Notes: generated by a model from the sequence alone, not told the origin. Shown: positions 27,284 through 37,477, counted from the stretch's first letter. The stretch: 63,194 nucleotides of DNA from Candidatus Gastranaerophilales bacterium (GCA_944323275.1 CALUSA010000001.1:1-63194), one strand, 5' to 3'. Translations and numbers: made by a program.

Positions 27284-28120
27284 ATGAAAATTATAAAATC
27301 ATTCTTTAATTTTGCTTTAATTTGTGCTGTATTTTTTGTTTTTGCAGCTGCGGCAAATGCAAAAACACTCACCTTCGCAGTAACCTCTGATATTAATTAT
27401 CTAGCGGATGATGAAAATAACACAGGAGCAAAAGTTCTCGACGGTTTTATCTCCCGTACTCAGGAAAATAATTACGATTTTGTTATATTTAACGGCGATA
27501 ATATAAAAAAGTCAAAAAAACAGCACCTAATCGGTTTTTTAAAGAGAATAAGAGCTGTAAATGCGCCGTATTATCTTGTTATGGGCAACAATGATGTACA
27601 CAAAATTTCGGGTATTTCAAAACCGGAATACCTGCAGCTGGTCGCCCAATATAACAAAAATCAGAATGATGAAAATTCGTATTTCTTTTATCCCGCTCCG
27701 GGTATTATTGCTATAGTTTTAGACGGAGTTTCTACAGGTATGCCTTCAAATCACGGTGTATTTAACAAAAAAACATTAAAATGGCTGGCTAATGTATTGG
27801 ATAAAAACAAAAACAAACAGGCTATAATCTTCCAGCATGTTCCGTATTATGAGCCTGTTGACATACCGGAATATGAAATACTTGAAAAAGCCGAATATGC
27901 TGCTGTTTTAAGACGTCATAACAATGTAGCCTTAATAGTTTCAGGACATTACGGAAAAGACTTTGAAATAAAAGACGATTACGGAGTAACTCACATTTCA
28001 GTCCCTTCACTGTCAAAGGAACCATATTATTACACGGAAATAGAGTTCAACTATGACAAATTGCCCTGGGGAAAAGTAAAAAATATCGACATTCACAGAT
28101 ACCTAAGACCTGCTGTATAA
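27284..28120 (+). CDS. Secreted calcineurin-like metallophosphoesterase
   Basis: Signal peptide (FVFAAAANA), then FAVTSD, FNGDN, GNND, QHVP and GHYG metal-ligand blocks. ATG at 27284 with a GGAG RBS. The track start at 27230 is over-extended. Confidence 0.75.
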   Translation: MKIIKSFFNFALICAVFFVFAAAANAKTLTFAVTSDINYLADDENNTGAKVLDGFISRTQENNYDFVIFNGDNIKKSKKQHLIGFLKRIRAVNAPYYLVMGNNDVHKISGISKPEYLQLVAQYNKNQNDENSYFFYPAPGIIAIVLDGVSTGMPSNHGVFNKKTLKWLANVLDKNKNKQAIIFQHVPYYEPVDIPEYEILEKAEYAAVLRRHNNVALIVSGHYGKDFEIKDDYGVTHISVPSLSKEPYYYTEIEFNYDKLPWGKVKNIDIHRYLRPAV

Positions 28121-28140
28121 TTTGTCGTTAATATATTTTT

Positions 28141-28725
28141 TTACCAGTTGGGATGATAATAAATCTCAATTATCTCATTATCTTTGAGTTTTGCGTGCCC
28201 GCCTTTAATAAAATTTGTTAAAGTACCCGTCGGCGGCAAAAACGTCAGTGCCCATTTAAGAGGATACACCCAGAGGCTTCTGTCCTGACCGTAAACCTCA
28301 TAATTATCAGTAACTTTTGCAGAATCAATATTATTAAATTTAAAATCCCCCAAAATAAAGCTTGCCGGTATTCCGTTCATTCCGCTATGTATAACAGTTT
28401 CAACAGTGGCATAAACCTGCTCGTTTTTTTCAAGAATTTTCACACCGTGTTCGTATATGTCATTGCAGGCAAAAAATACAATTTGCTCGCCTTCTTTGAC
28501 ATCCTTTTCCGATTTGATGCTTACCATAACTTTTAAACCGATAGGAATACGTTTTAAATCCTCATAGTTGTATTTATACGGCTGATAAGGATTTTTCAAC
28601 TGCCTGTCCAGCAACAGGGTATCGGCAACCTCATCCTGAAGGACAGTCTGAGCCTGACATAGCTGAGTACTCATAAAAATCAGCAAGGTTAGTAATATAA
28701 AATTAAATTTATTCTTTTTAATCAT
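28141..28725 (-). CDS. Secreted hypothetical protein
   Basis: N-terminal signal peptide (LLTLLIFMSTQLCQA). No catalytic motif recognised. Overlaps the upstream gene by 8 nt. Confidence 0.5.
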   Translation of the reverse strand: MIKKNKFNFILLTLLIFMSTQLCQAQTVLQDEVADTLLLDRQLKNPYQPYKYNYEDLKRIPIGLKVMVSIKSEKDVKEGEQIVFFACNDIYEHGVKILEKNEQVYATVETVIHSGMNGIPASFILGDFKFNNIDSAKVTDNYEVYGQDRSLWVYPLKWALTFLPPTGTLTNFIKGGHAKLKDNEIIEIYYHPNW

Positions 28726-29437
28726 ACTTTAATTCTTCATTGGATTGTGATTTTATCTTTTGCAAAAGCAGTCTTCTGTTTTCCTGCGAGGTAAGAAGAA
28801 AATTCTGATAATGCTCGTTTTCAAGATAAGTATTATTTTTCAGGAAATACGGATATTTTGTATAAATATATTCATAAACAATAGCAAGTCTTCTAGAGGT
28901 AAGATTTTTGGTTGAAATAGTATCGAATCTTTTTTGCGGGCAACTTTTTTGTATAAAAGTAATCAGTCCGAGTGGGTTATATCCTGCATTAACCATAAAA
29001 TCAACTGCACGTTTATCTGCTACAATCTCGAATTTTTTTGGCGCAGCTTTTATTTGCAGGGCACTCAAATATCCTTTAAAAAAGCCATGATAAGATTTCA
29101 TTGCTGTCAAAATCCCACGTGCAAGATATGCTGCAAGCTCATCATCATTCTGTGTATATTTGTAATATCCGTCATACAAAACTACCTGCCGGCTCATTAC
29201 AGACGGGTCAATCGTTAATAACGACTCCTTTTCTTTTTCATTGTAAACAAAAACGATTCTTTGCTCTATTTTATTGGAATTTAATAATTTGGAACCGATA
29301 TCATTAACTCGTGACTGAATTGTCTGCTCTCTTATTATTTCAGCTTCGTTATTTAACGGTGTAGTTTCTGCATATACACGACAAAATAGAATTTGAACAA
29401 ATAACAGAAAAATTACCGTAACCAATTTATTTATCAT
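28718..29437 (-). CDS. Secreted M48-peptidase-like protein with degenerate active site
   Basis: DDELAAYLARGILTAMKSYHG aligns to the M48 DELAAVLAHEIGH block but lacks HExxH. The downstream FEIVADKRAVDFMVNAGYNPLG resembles the M48 E..AD...AGYDP block. Confidence 0.5.
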   Translation of the reverse strand: MINKLVTVIFLLFVQILFCRVYAETTPLNNEAEIIREQTIQSRVNDIGSKLLNSNKIEQRIVFVYNEKEKESLLTIDPSVMSRQVVLYDGYYKYTQNDDELAAYLARGILTAMKSYHGFFKGYLSALQIKAAPKKFEIVADKRAVDFMVNAGYNPLGLITFIQKSCPQKRFDTISTKNLTSRRLAIVYEYIYTKYPYFLKNNTYLENEHYQNFLLTSQENRRLLLQKIKSQSNEELKYD

Positions 29438-29663
29438 TATTCCAGCCTCATAAATATAAATTCAATAGAAATATTGTTTTCTAAAAAACGGTGTAATATC
29501 CACACTCATAAATATATTTTTATAATAACATAAGAATTCAGCAAGCTTTAATCATTATTGATATTTCATACAATCAACGTATATTATTGCTTTTCAGTTA
29601 GAAATAATAAAATAAAAATGTTACATACGTGATTTTCTTTTTTAGATAAGATACAATTTTGTT

Positions 29664-30893
29664 ATGAAAAAGATAATTGCTTATTTTATTTTGATGGTTT
29701 TTATATTAGTACATTCCGCAGTTCCTGCTCCGGCTGTACAGAATTACAATACAGACGGACAGTCTGACGATGTATTCAGTGCACAAGCTTCACCGCTTCC
29801 GAATACCGGTTCTACCCAAACACTGACAAATTCAGAGGCTAATGACGAAATTTTTCACGGACACGCAGAGGTAAATGACAAACTTGAAGAAAAAAATAAA
29901 GAACTTTTTACAGGTGAAATTGACCAGCTTGTACCCAAAGATGTAATCAAAATGACTGTATCACAAGTATTAAGTACCGGTTATACAGAAGCAGGCGATG
30001 AATTTTTTGCTGAAATTACAAGTGATGTTGAAGGCGATAAAGGTATTATTCTTCCCGCCGGTACAATTGCCCACGGGACAGTAAAAGAGATACAGGAATC
30101 AAAACGCCTTGGACGTGACGGATGGATAGAAGTTTCCTTCGATTATCTGATTACGCCGGACGGCAGAGAAATTCCCATCCAAGGACAAATGAGTACAAAA
30201 CTTAACCCTGTTGTAGGCACCTCAAAAGTACTTGCGAAAAGTGCAGGATACACAGCTGCAGGCGGACTTGTCGGCGGACTGCTTGCACTTAATATATTCG
30301 GTTTGCCTGCCGCTGTACTGAGTCAGGGGTACACACTTGCAGGCGGTGCTGCAGTAGGCGGTGCTGTCGGCATGGGAATGGCTTTGTACAAAAAAGGAAA
30401 AGATGTTTTAATTTCCCAGGGTGATGAGATAAGAGTAAAAATAACAAAAGGCATAGATTTACCTGTTTTTAAAAAAGAAGCACTAATGCAGGAAGAATTT
30501 ATTTGCGACGGATTAAATATTAAAATTACCAATATTGACATCGGTGAAGACCCCTTCGGGGAAATGAATACAATTACAGTTGCCATTGTTATAACAAATC
30601 TTACCGACAAATATTTTACAGGCTTCGATATTTCAATGGTTAACGACCTGAATGCATCATTTTATCCTTCCGTATTCGGTGATACAACGCTTATGTTTGC
30701 AAAAATAAAACCGGGGGACAGATTATCCGGCAGAATATCTTTTTCTGTGGATAATGTAAAAAGAAAGCATTGGCTTGTAATATATGATAGAATGGAAAGA
30801 AAACCCATTGCTAAAATTTCTATAGACAATGCAAAAAGAGTTTTAAAAGACAAAAAAAATGCAAAGAAAAAAAAGAAAAAGAAAAATGTTTAA
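29664..30893 (+). CDS. Secreted/membrane protein with glycine-zipper segment, DUF4352-like beta-sandwich and poly-Lys tail
   Basis: Signal peptide. Gly-zipper run AGYTAAGGLVGGLLAL...GGAAVGGAVGMGMALY. C-terminal Ig-like pattern (TVAIVITNLTDKYF...IKPGDRLSGRISFSV). Tail KKNAKKKKKKKNV. Confidence 0.5.
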   Translation: MKKIIAYFILMVFILVHSAVPAPAVQNYNTDGQSDDVFSAQASPLPNTGSTQTLTNSEANDEIFHGHAEVNDKLEEKNKELFTGEIDQLVPKDVIKMTVSQVLSTGYTEAGDEFFAEITSDVEGDKGIILPAGTIAHGTVKEIQESKRLGRDGWIEVSFDYLITPDGREIPIQGQMSTKLNPVVGTSKVLAKSAGYTAAGGLVGGLLALNIFGLPAAVLSQGYTLAGGAAVGGAVGMGMALYKKGKDVLISQGDEIRVKITKGIDLPVFKKEALMQEEFICDGLNIKITNIDIGEDPFGEMNTITVAIVITNLTDKYFTGFDISMVNDLNASFYPSVFGDTTLMFAKIKPGDRLSGRISFSVDNVKRKHWLVIYDRMERKPIAKISIDNAKRVLKDKKNAKKKKKKKNV

Positions 30894-30946
30894 AAAAATA
30901 AAAAAAATAGTATTATTATAAATATAAATTAAAGAAGGATTATAAG

Positions 30947-31588
30947 ATGACAAAGAAAAATGCATTTACCTTAGCGGAAGTTTTAATTACTCTGGCAATT
31001 ATTGGTGTAATAGCCGCCCTGACAGTACCCTCTGTAATGTTTAGTACTGATGAAAAACAGGCTATTGTAGGGTTAAAAAAAGCCATACTTTCACTGAATC
31101 AGGCTGTTGATATGGCAAGAACGGAAGTCAAATTTCAGCCGAATCCGAAATGTTTTATTGACACAACAGGTGGTGACAGTCAATCATCTCAATGTGAAGA
31201 CCTTTTTAATTTCATAAAAGATGTAATGCAGGTTCATAAATACTGCAAATCAGATCCGCTCGGCGGCGGTTGTATTGGAAAATATCCTCCGGCTGAAAAC
31301 TGTGACGGTTGGAATGACATAAAACAGGCATTTTTAACTGCAGACGGCATGAGCTATTTTGTTTATTCTGAAAATAATGCCTCTATCATGGGTGTTGATA
31401 TCAATGGTCCCAAAGCACCTAACAAATGGGGATATGATGTATTTTCATTACAGCTTACCGGTACAAAAACAACCATGCAGCAATATGAACCCGGCGGGTG
31501 TGAATATGCGATGGAAGGCGGAAAAACCGGTTCACAACTGCTTGAAGAAAGTGATGAAGAAGAAAGTGGAACAGGATCAGGCTCATAA
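30947..31588 (+). CDS. Prepilin-type N-terminal cleavage/methylation domain protein (type IV pilin/pseudopilin-like)
   Basis: MTKKNAFTLAEVLITLAIIGVIAAL class-III leader with Glu at +5. AAGGA RBS. Confidence 0.8.
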   Translation: MTKKNAFTLAEVLITLAIIGVIAALTVPSVMFSTDEKQAIVGLKKAILSLNQAVDMARTEVKFQPNPKCFIDTTGGDSQSSQCEDLFNFIKDVMQVHKYCKSDPLGGGCIGKYPPAENCDGWNDIKQAFLTADGMSYFVYSENNASIMGVDINGPKAPNKWGYDVFSLQLTGTKTTMQQYEPGGCEYAMEGGKTGSQLLEESDEEESGTGSGS

Positions 31589-31609
31589 AGCAGGAGCAAC
31601 AGGCTAAAA

Positions 31610-32368
31610 TCAGTTGTTTACACCGTAACCAAACATAGCAAAATCATATTTTACAGGATCTGACGGGTCAAACTCTTTGAGTTTATCCGTCAGTTCTTTT
31701 ACTGCAGCATAATCATTTTGTTTTCTTTTAAGCAACCCCAGAGTTCTTGATATTTTTGCCACATGTACATCTAACGGTATTAAAAGCTCGCTTGCAGGCA
31801 TGAAATCCCATATTCCAAAATCTACAACGCTTTTTCTTACCATCCATCTTAAAAACATATTCAAACGTTTACAGGCACTTTTCTTTGACGGGTCAGGAAG
31901 TAAATGGTAGAAACCTTTTGTAACAGGTAATGTAACCCTGGAATAAAAATAATCTACCACTGTTTGCAACATTCCGACAACACTCTTATGCTGCTGCCAT
32001 CCGTAGGCAAACAACTTTTCCAAAGAACTACCTTCTAAATAAAGAAGTTTTAATGTTAACAAAATTTGTTTTAAATCAATTCCTGTAGAAAATCTGTAGT
32101 CAATATCATCTACAACTTTTGACTTTTCATCAAAATTCATTAAAAACTCATAAGGTTTGTTATCCATACGCTCAAATAGTATGTTGAGTTTGGCAATAAA
32201 AGCTTCTCTTTTACCATAAGCAAACATTGCAGCTATAAAAGCAGCAATTTCAATATCTTTTTTATCCCGGAACCTATGCATAAATTGCACGGGATCATCT
32301 TTAATAAAATCAGGGTTTTCGTATTCTTTTACAAGATTATCAAGATATTCCTTTGTTGAAACATTCAT
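31610..32368 (-). CDS. TIGR02757/DUF2400-family protein
   Basis: DPVQFMHRF...EIAAFIAAMFAYGKR and LIPLDVHV blocks as I recall for this family. 252 aa. Confidence 0.6.
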   Translation of the reverse strand: MNVSTKEYLDNLVKEYENPDFIKDDPVQFMHRFRDKKDIEIAAFIAAMFAYGKREAFIAKLNILFERMDNKPYEFLMNFDEKSKVVDDIDYRFSTGIDLKQILLTLKLLYLEGSSLEKLFAYGWQQHKSVVGMLQTVVDYFYSRVTLPVTKGFYHLLPDPSKKSACKRLNMFLRWMVRKSVVDFGIWDFMPASELLIPLDVHVAKISRTLGLLKRKQNDYAAVKELTDKLKEFDPSDPVKYDFAMFGYGVNN

Positions 32369-32369
32369 G

Positions 32370-32804
32370 TTATTTTCTCATTTTCTTAAAATATGCGGAT
32401 AAAAGTTCATCACACTCTTTTTCCATTATACCGCCTTTAAAATTGAGCGAAGAATTACATTTTTTAATAAGCTCAGGCATAGTGGTAAAAGCACCGTATA
32501 AAGAATCATAGGAGCCAAAATAAAGATTATCTATCCTTGCGTTTAAAATTGCCCAAGCACACATAGGACAAGGCTCAAGGGTAACATACATATCACATCC
32601 GTTCAAACGCCAGGAATCAAGTTTTTTGGAGGCTTCTTTTAATGCAAGCATTTCAGCATGTGCTGTAACATCATTATGCTGTTCTTTTTGATTATGAAAA
32701 CAAGCAAGTATATTACCATCTTTTACTATAACCGCACCGACCGGTATATCTTCTCCCGAAAGTCTGGCAGTATCAAGTGCTTTTTGCATATATTCGATAT
32801 TCAT
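32370..32804 (-). CDS. tadA: tRNA adenosine(34) deaminase
   Basis: HAEMLALKEA and TLEPCPMCAWAI zinc-ligand motifs. 144 aa. Confidence 0.9.
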   Translation of the reverse strand: MNIEYMQKALDTARLSGEDIPVGAVIVKDGNILACFHNQKEQHNDVTAHAEMLALKEASKKLDSWRLNGCDMYVTLEPCPMCAWAILNARIDNLYFGSYDSLYGAFTTMPELIKKCNSSLNFKGGIMEKECDELLSAYFKKMRK

Positions 32805-33039
32805 AATATTTATATAATATTACAAAATATTACGAAAATTCATTTTTTTTTAATGTTTTTGTAATATTTCTTAATAAAAGACTTGCATTAGTATATACTC
32901 GGTGATATATTAAGTATATACATGATGATGTTTTGTTAGTCAGTCTGTATCTTAGTTCCACTGCAACAGATAGAGTTCTCTATGCTGTGCAATTTTAATG
33001 CGTAAATATCAGGATAATTAATAAATTAGGAGTAAGTGT

Positions 33040-33960
33040 ATGTCTAAAAATTATGTCTTATCGAATGCAGCCTCAACCAAACCCCATTCAAACAATTTAA
33101 TTCCGGCTTCCGCTGATGAAACTCTAAACCTTTACATCCGAAAAATAGCTTCATTAAAAGTATTAACACCGGAAGAAGAAAAAGAAACAGCAAAAATCGC
33201 CAGAGAAGGCAATATCCATGATGCACTGCTGGCAAAACAAAAATTAGTAAAGGCAAATTTAAAACTTGTAGTAAACCTTGCCAGAAAAACAGTACAGGTG
33301 TCACATTTACCAATGATTGACCTGATTCAGGAGGGTAATCTTGGTCTTATGGTTGCGGTTGAAAAATTTGATTACAAACTCGGATACAGATTTTCCACTT
33401 ATGCCGCATGGTGGATTAAACAGGCTATCTTTAAAGCAATCTCGGAACAATCGCATTGTATTAAAATACCTGTTTATATTCAGGAAACTTTATCTAAATT
33501 CTCAAAAGTAAAAGCAGAACTTGAACAAAAGTATAATACTCAGGTAAAAAATGAAGATGTAGCGCAAAAGATGAATATTGCTCCCGAAAAGATAGACTCA
33601 TTCTTAAATGCTTATACAAAATCAATATCAATGGATTCAGCTTACGAACTAAATTCAGGCAGTGAAGTAACTTTATCGGATATTCTTGAAGACCCTGATG
33701 CAACAGCGTACGCAGATGCAGAATACGAAAATCTGAAAAAAGATATTGAAACAGTTGTTTCACAGTTAAAAGAAAGAGAGCAAGCTGTTGTCAGAATGCG
33801 TTTCGGATTAAACGAATTCGGAAAGAAAACTCTTGAAGAAATCGGAAAAATCTATGGCGTAACAAAAGAATGCATTCGTCAGACAGAAAATCGTGCTCTA
33901 AAAAAAATGAAAGAAATATCTGAATCAAACGGACTGTTAAACAGTTATGTAAACTATTAA
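33040..33960 (+). CDS. RNA polymerase sigma-70 family factor, RpoD/SigA-like
   Basis: Region 2 (LIQEGNLGLMVAVEKFDYKLGYRFSTYAAWWIKQAI), IKIPVYIQE, and region 4 (LEEIGKIYGVTKECIRQTENRALKKM). Confidence 0.88.
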   Translation: MSKNYVLSNAASTKPHSNNLIPASADETLNLYIRKIASLKVLTPEEEKETAKIAREGNIHDALLAKQKLVKANLKLVVNLARKTVQVSHLPMIDLIQEGNLGLMVAVEKFDYKLGYRFSTYAAWWIKQAIFKAISEQSHCIKIPVYIQETLSKFSKVKAELEQKYNTQVKNEDVAQKMNIAPEKIDSFLNAYTKSISMDSAYELNSGSEVTLSDILEDPDATAYADAEYENLKKDIETVVSQLKEREQAVVRMRFGLNEFGKKTLEEIGKIYGVTKECIRQTENRALKKMKEISESNGLLNSYVNY

Positions 33961-33964
33961 AATA

Positions 33965-33999
33965 AAAGCCGCGAAATTTTTTAAACTTCGTGGCTTTTA
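33965..33999. terminator. Hairpin terminator between convergent sigma and amylase genes
   Basis: AAAGCCGCGAA-loop-TTCGTGGCTTT (one G-U pair) with flanking A- and T-runs. Confidence 0.65.
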
Positions 34000-34005
34000 A
34001 ATTTA

Positions 34006-35610
34006 TTAACGTTTATTATTTTTCTTAGATTTTGCTGGTTCGTTTGCTCTGCTAATCATAAAGACCTGTATTTCACCTGGCATTAAATTGGATTTAATTT
34101 TATTTTTCTCAACAAGAGGTGTTGAGGTAAACGCCAGCGGAACAATCATATCAGGAGATTTAAAATCTTTAATCGGGACTTCAACAGTCTGACTATAAGA
34201 CAAATCTTTATTAAACAAAACAAGTACAGATGAATAATGGAATGTAATCATATAAGCAAAAGCATTTTTATTTCCGGTTTTTAAAAACGTATATTCACCT
34301 TTATTAAGCATATTAGATGCATTTGCTTTAAATTGATTTGCAACGGCAAAGTCAAAAATCAACTTGTTATTGACTGCACCCGGCTTTCTAGACAGATTAA
34401 AAATATCAAATTTTCCTTTATTGACAAAATACACATTATCGTCAGTGTAAGATTGTGAAGCTTTTTTGTTTGCGTACTTGTAATTATAAGCATCACCTGT
34501 CTGGAATCCGTCTACAAAATAAGAATTAACCGGCAAAGTAGCCTGCAGCCATATAATCTGCTGAGAAAACGGTATTCCGCCCGTAATAACCGGAGATACT
34601 TCATCATGAGTAGCAAAACTTCCGATGACTGCTTTTGGGGTTTTCTTTGCAGCATAACTTTTTATAATATCTCTTGTTAAAGAAATATTTTTAACAAAAT
34701 CTTCCTGTGTTTTCCAATTTTTATATGCGATAAAATTTCCGTACCAGCCGTCAAAACCGGCATCTAACAGTTCATAATACGGAGTAAACGGTGCATTTTG
34801 GGCAATTGGTTCATTCCAGCATTCTGAGGCCTCAGCAAGAAATAAAAATTCCGGATCCTGTGATTTTGCATAAGAAATCAATTTTTTCCAGAATTCTGCT
34901 GTTTTGGATGTTGCAACATCCGCTCTGATACCATCAGCCCCGAGTTTTTGAACCATATCAACATAGGCTTTGTATTCATTATATAAAGCCTCATTTATCG
35001 AGCCGTCAGCATTATTGGATTTAAAGACTCTTACATCAGTCCAATCCATAGGCACAACAGGTTTGCCGTCAGAACCGGTTACAAAAAGCTCAGGCTTTTT
35101 AAGAAATAAATCATAAGAACCGCATGATGGCAAATCTACAATAACACGTATATCTCTTTTGTGGCATTCATCAATAAACTGTTTTGCTTCTTCTTCAACT
35201 GTAAGCTTATTAGAGGTATCATCCAGCATAGGATCAAGCTTTGTAAAATCGGAAATAGCATATAAAGAACCTGCCGTGCCACGTGCTTTAGTTTTTCCGA
35301 CAGGTGTAACAGGCAAAAGATGAATGGTATTTATTCCGTAAGATTTAAGCTCATCCAGTCTTTTGACTGCATTGACAAAATTCCCCGCAATATCGCCTTT
35401 ATCCGGCTGAATAATATCATCTCCGTTTTTATCCTCTGCATTAAAAGAACGTATATTAATTGCCAGAATTATTGCTCTGTTATTTAAAAACACTGATTTT
35501 AAATCATTAAACCAAACGTCATTAGACGCAAATGCTAAAGAATTTTGCATTACAAAAAAAGAAATCGATAAAAGCAACAAAGACAACAATTTTACCATTT
35601 TTTTATTCAT
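34006..35610 (-). CDS. Secreted GH13 alpha-amylase-family glycoside hydrolase
   Basis: Signal peptide. GINTIHLLPV, GADGIRADVA (nucleophile Asp), FLFLAEA (acid/base Glu) and FATHDE (region IV). Confidence 0.85.
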   Translation of the reverse strand: MNKKMVKLLSLLLLSISFFVMQNSLAFASNDVWFNDLKSVFLNNRAIILAINIRSFNAEDKNGDDIIQPDKGDIAGNFVNAVKRLDELKSYGINTIHLLPVTPVGKTKARGTAGSLYAISDFTKLDPMLDDTSNKLTVEEEAKQFIDECHKRDIRVIVDLPSCGSYDLFLKKPELFVTGSDGKPVVPMDWTDVRVFKSNNADGSINEALYNEYKAYVDMVQKLGADGIRADVATSKTAEFWKKLISYAKSQDPEFLFLAEASECWNEPIAQNAPFTPYYELLDAGFDGWYGNFIAYKNWKTQEDFVKNISLTRDIIKSYAAKKTPKAVIGSFATHDEVSPVITGGIPFSQQIIWLQATLPVNSYFVDGFQTGDAYNYKYANKKASQSYTDDNVYFVNKGKFDIFNLSRKPGAVNNKLIFDFAVANQFKANASNMLNKGEYTFLKTGNKNAFAYMITFHYSSVLVLFNKDLSYSQTVEVPIKDFKSPDMIVPLAFTSTPLVEKNKIKSNLMPGEIQVFMISRANEPAKSKKNNKR

Positions 35611-35732
35611 ACGATAACTCCCTAATATCTAATCAAATTTTATATACGGATTATACAAAACTCATAATATGATTGCAACTCGACACCGGATGAGTTATAC
35701 TAAAAACGTATCATTATTTATGGAGGCAATAC

Positions 35733-36101
35733 ATGCGCATTCATGTAAACGGAAAAAACATCGAAATCACAGATGCAATCAAAGCTTATTCAAAAGAAAA
35801 AATCGGCAAAGTTGCCGCACACTACGACCAGATTGAAGCAATTGACATTATGCTTACGGTAATAAAAAACCCCAGCGTTGCTGAAAATCATACGGCAGAA
35901 GTTACCTGCAAACTTACAACCGGTTCTGTCCATGTAGCAGAAACAGCAGAATCTATGTATGCAAGTATTGACCTTGTTGCAGACAAACTGGCAAGACAGG
36001 TTAAAAAATTTAAAGATAAAAATCTCGGAAAATCTAAACTTGATTCCATTAGAACAGGTGCTGTAGCCGAACAGGAAATCGAAGAAGAAACAGATGAATA
36101 A
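35733..36101 (+). CDS. hpf: Ribosome hibernation-promoting factor (short HPF/RaiA family)
   Basis: MRIHVNGKNIEITDAIKAYSKEKIGKV and the LARQVKKFKDK pattern. 122 aa. Confidence 0.85.
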   Translation: MRIHVNGKNIEITDAIKAYSKEKIGKVAAHYDQIEAIDIMLTVIKNPSVAENHTAEVTCKLTTGSVHVAETAESMYASIDLVADKLARQVKKFKDKNLGKSKLDSIRTGAVAEQEIEEETDE

Positions 36102-36126
36102 ATAATTATTAATTTAACAGTTAACA

Positions 36127-36156
36127 AAAATCCCGCATAAATATGCGGGATTTTTG
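36127..36156 (+). terminator. Rho-independent terminator
   Basis: AAAATCCCGCATA-AAT-ATGCGGGATTTT perfect stem with a T-run. Confidence 0.85.
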
Positions 36157-36205
36157 GCTTAATTTGTAATAAAATATTTAAAAGTACAAAATAGAGGATT
36201 TTTTT

Positions 36206-37477
36206 ATGACACGACCTATGACAATTGCAGAAAAAATACTTGCCGCACATGCCGGGTTATCAGATGTTACACCGGGTCAGCTTATCACAGCCAAACTTGA
36301 TATTACCCTTGCTAATGACATAACAGGTCCTGTCGCTATAAGAGAGTTTGAAAAAATAGGCGTTAAAAATGTGTTTGATAAAAACAGAGTTGTTTTTGTA
36401 CCCGACCATTTTGTGCCCAATAAAGATATAAAATCCGCACAGCAGGCTAAAATGGTAAGAGAATTTTCTCACGCCCAAAATCTTAAAAACTATTTTGAAG
36501 TAGGCAGAATGGGAATAGAACATGCACTTTTGCCGGAAAAAGGAATTGTTACGGCAGGAGATTTGATTATAGGTGCGGACTCACACACCTGCACATACGG
36601 TGCACTGGGAGCGTTTGCAACCGGCGTTGGTTCTACTGATCTTGCCTGTGCTATGGCAAGCGGGGAAACCTGGTTTAAAGTACCTTCAACAATAAAAGTC
36701 GACTTTAACGGAAAATTAAACAAGTGGGTAAGTGCCAAAGACCTTATTCTTTATTTAATAGGTGATATCGGCGTTGACGGTGCTTTATACAAAGTTCTCG
36801 AAATAGGCGGCAGTGCAATTGAAACAATGGATATGGACGGTCGTTTGACAATTTGCAACATGGCGATTGAAGCAGGTGCAAAAGCAGGTATAATTATCCC
36901 TGATAACATAACCCTAGAATACTTAAAAGGCAGGAGCCTCAGAGAACCAGTATTCTTTACAAGCGATGCAAATGCACAATACGAAAAACATCTGGTTTAT
37001 GATGTTTCAAAAATAGAACCGACCGTGGCATTCCCCAGCCTGCCGGAAAATACAAAACCGATTTCGCAGGTCGGAGAAATAAAAATAAATCAGGCAGTCA
37101 TCGGAAGCTGCACTAACGGAAGATTGTCGGATTTAGAAGTAACAGCCAAAATTTTAAAAGGAAGAAAAGTTCATCCGGATGTGCGTTTAATTGTATTCCC
37201 CGGAACACAAGATATTTACCTTGAAGCTATAAAACTCGGATATATCCAAACAATTATCGAGGCACAGGGTGCCGTATCAACACCTACCTGCGGACCTTGT
37301 TTGGGCGGATATGCAGGTATTCTTGCCGAAGGTGAAAAATGTATTTCTACAACCAATAGAAATTTTGTCGGACGAATGGGGCACGTAAACAGTGAAGTTT
37401 ACCTGTCTTCTCCTGCTGTTGCCGCAGCAAGCGCAGTACTCGGCAAAATTGCTTCGCCGGAAGAATTGGACTGGTAA
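36206..37477 (+). CDS. leuC: 3-isopropylmalate dehydratase large subunit (aconitase-family)
   Basis: [33 protein letters not shown] and CGPCLGG Fe-S ligand blocks. ~420-aa short-type LeuC. A homoaconitase role cannot be excluded. Confidence 0.82.
   Translation: MTRPMTIAEKILAAHAGLSDVTPGQLITAKLDITLANDITGPVAIREFEKIGVKNVFDKNRVVFVPDHFVPNKDIKSAQQAKMVREFSHAQNLKNYFEVGRMGIEHALLPEKGIVTAGDLIIGADSHTCTYGALGAFATGVGSTDLACAMASGETWFKVPSTIKVDFNGKLNKWVSAKDLILYLIGDIGVDGALYKVLEIGGSAIETMDMDGRLTICNMAIEAGAKAGIIIPDNITLEYLKGRSLREPVFFTSDANAQYEKHLVYDVSKIEPTVAFPSLPENTKPISQVGEIKINQAVIGSCTNGRLSDLEVTAKILKGRKVHPDVRLIVFPGTQDIYLEAIKLGYIQTIIEAQGAVSTPTCGPCLGGYAGILAEGEKCISTTNRNFVGRMGHVNSEVYLSSPAVAAASAVLGKIASPEELDW

Noticed and set aside
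30845-30912. A-tracts (two A8 runs and more) at the 3' end of 29664-30893 as possible phase-variation or slippage sites.
   Set aside because: A frameshift here would alter only the last ~10 residues (the poly-Lys tail). Such A-runs are expected from Lys codons in an AT-rich genome.
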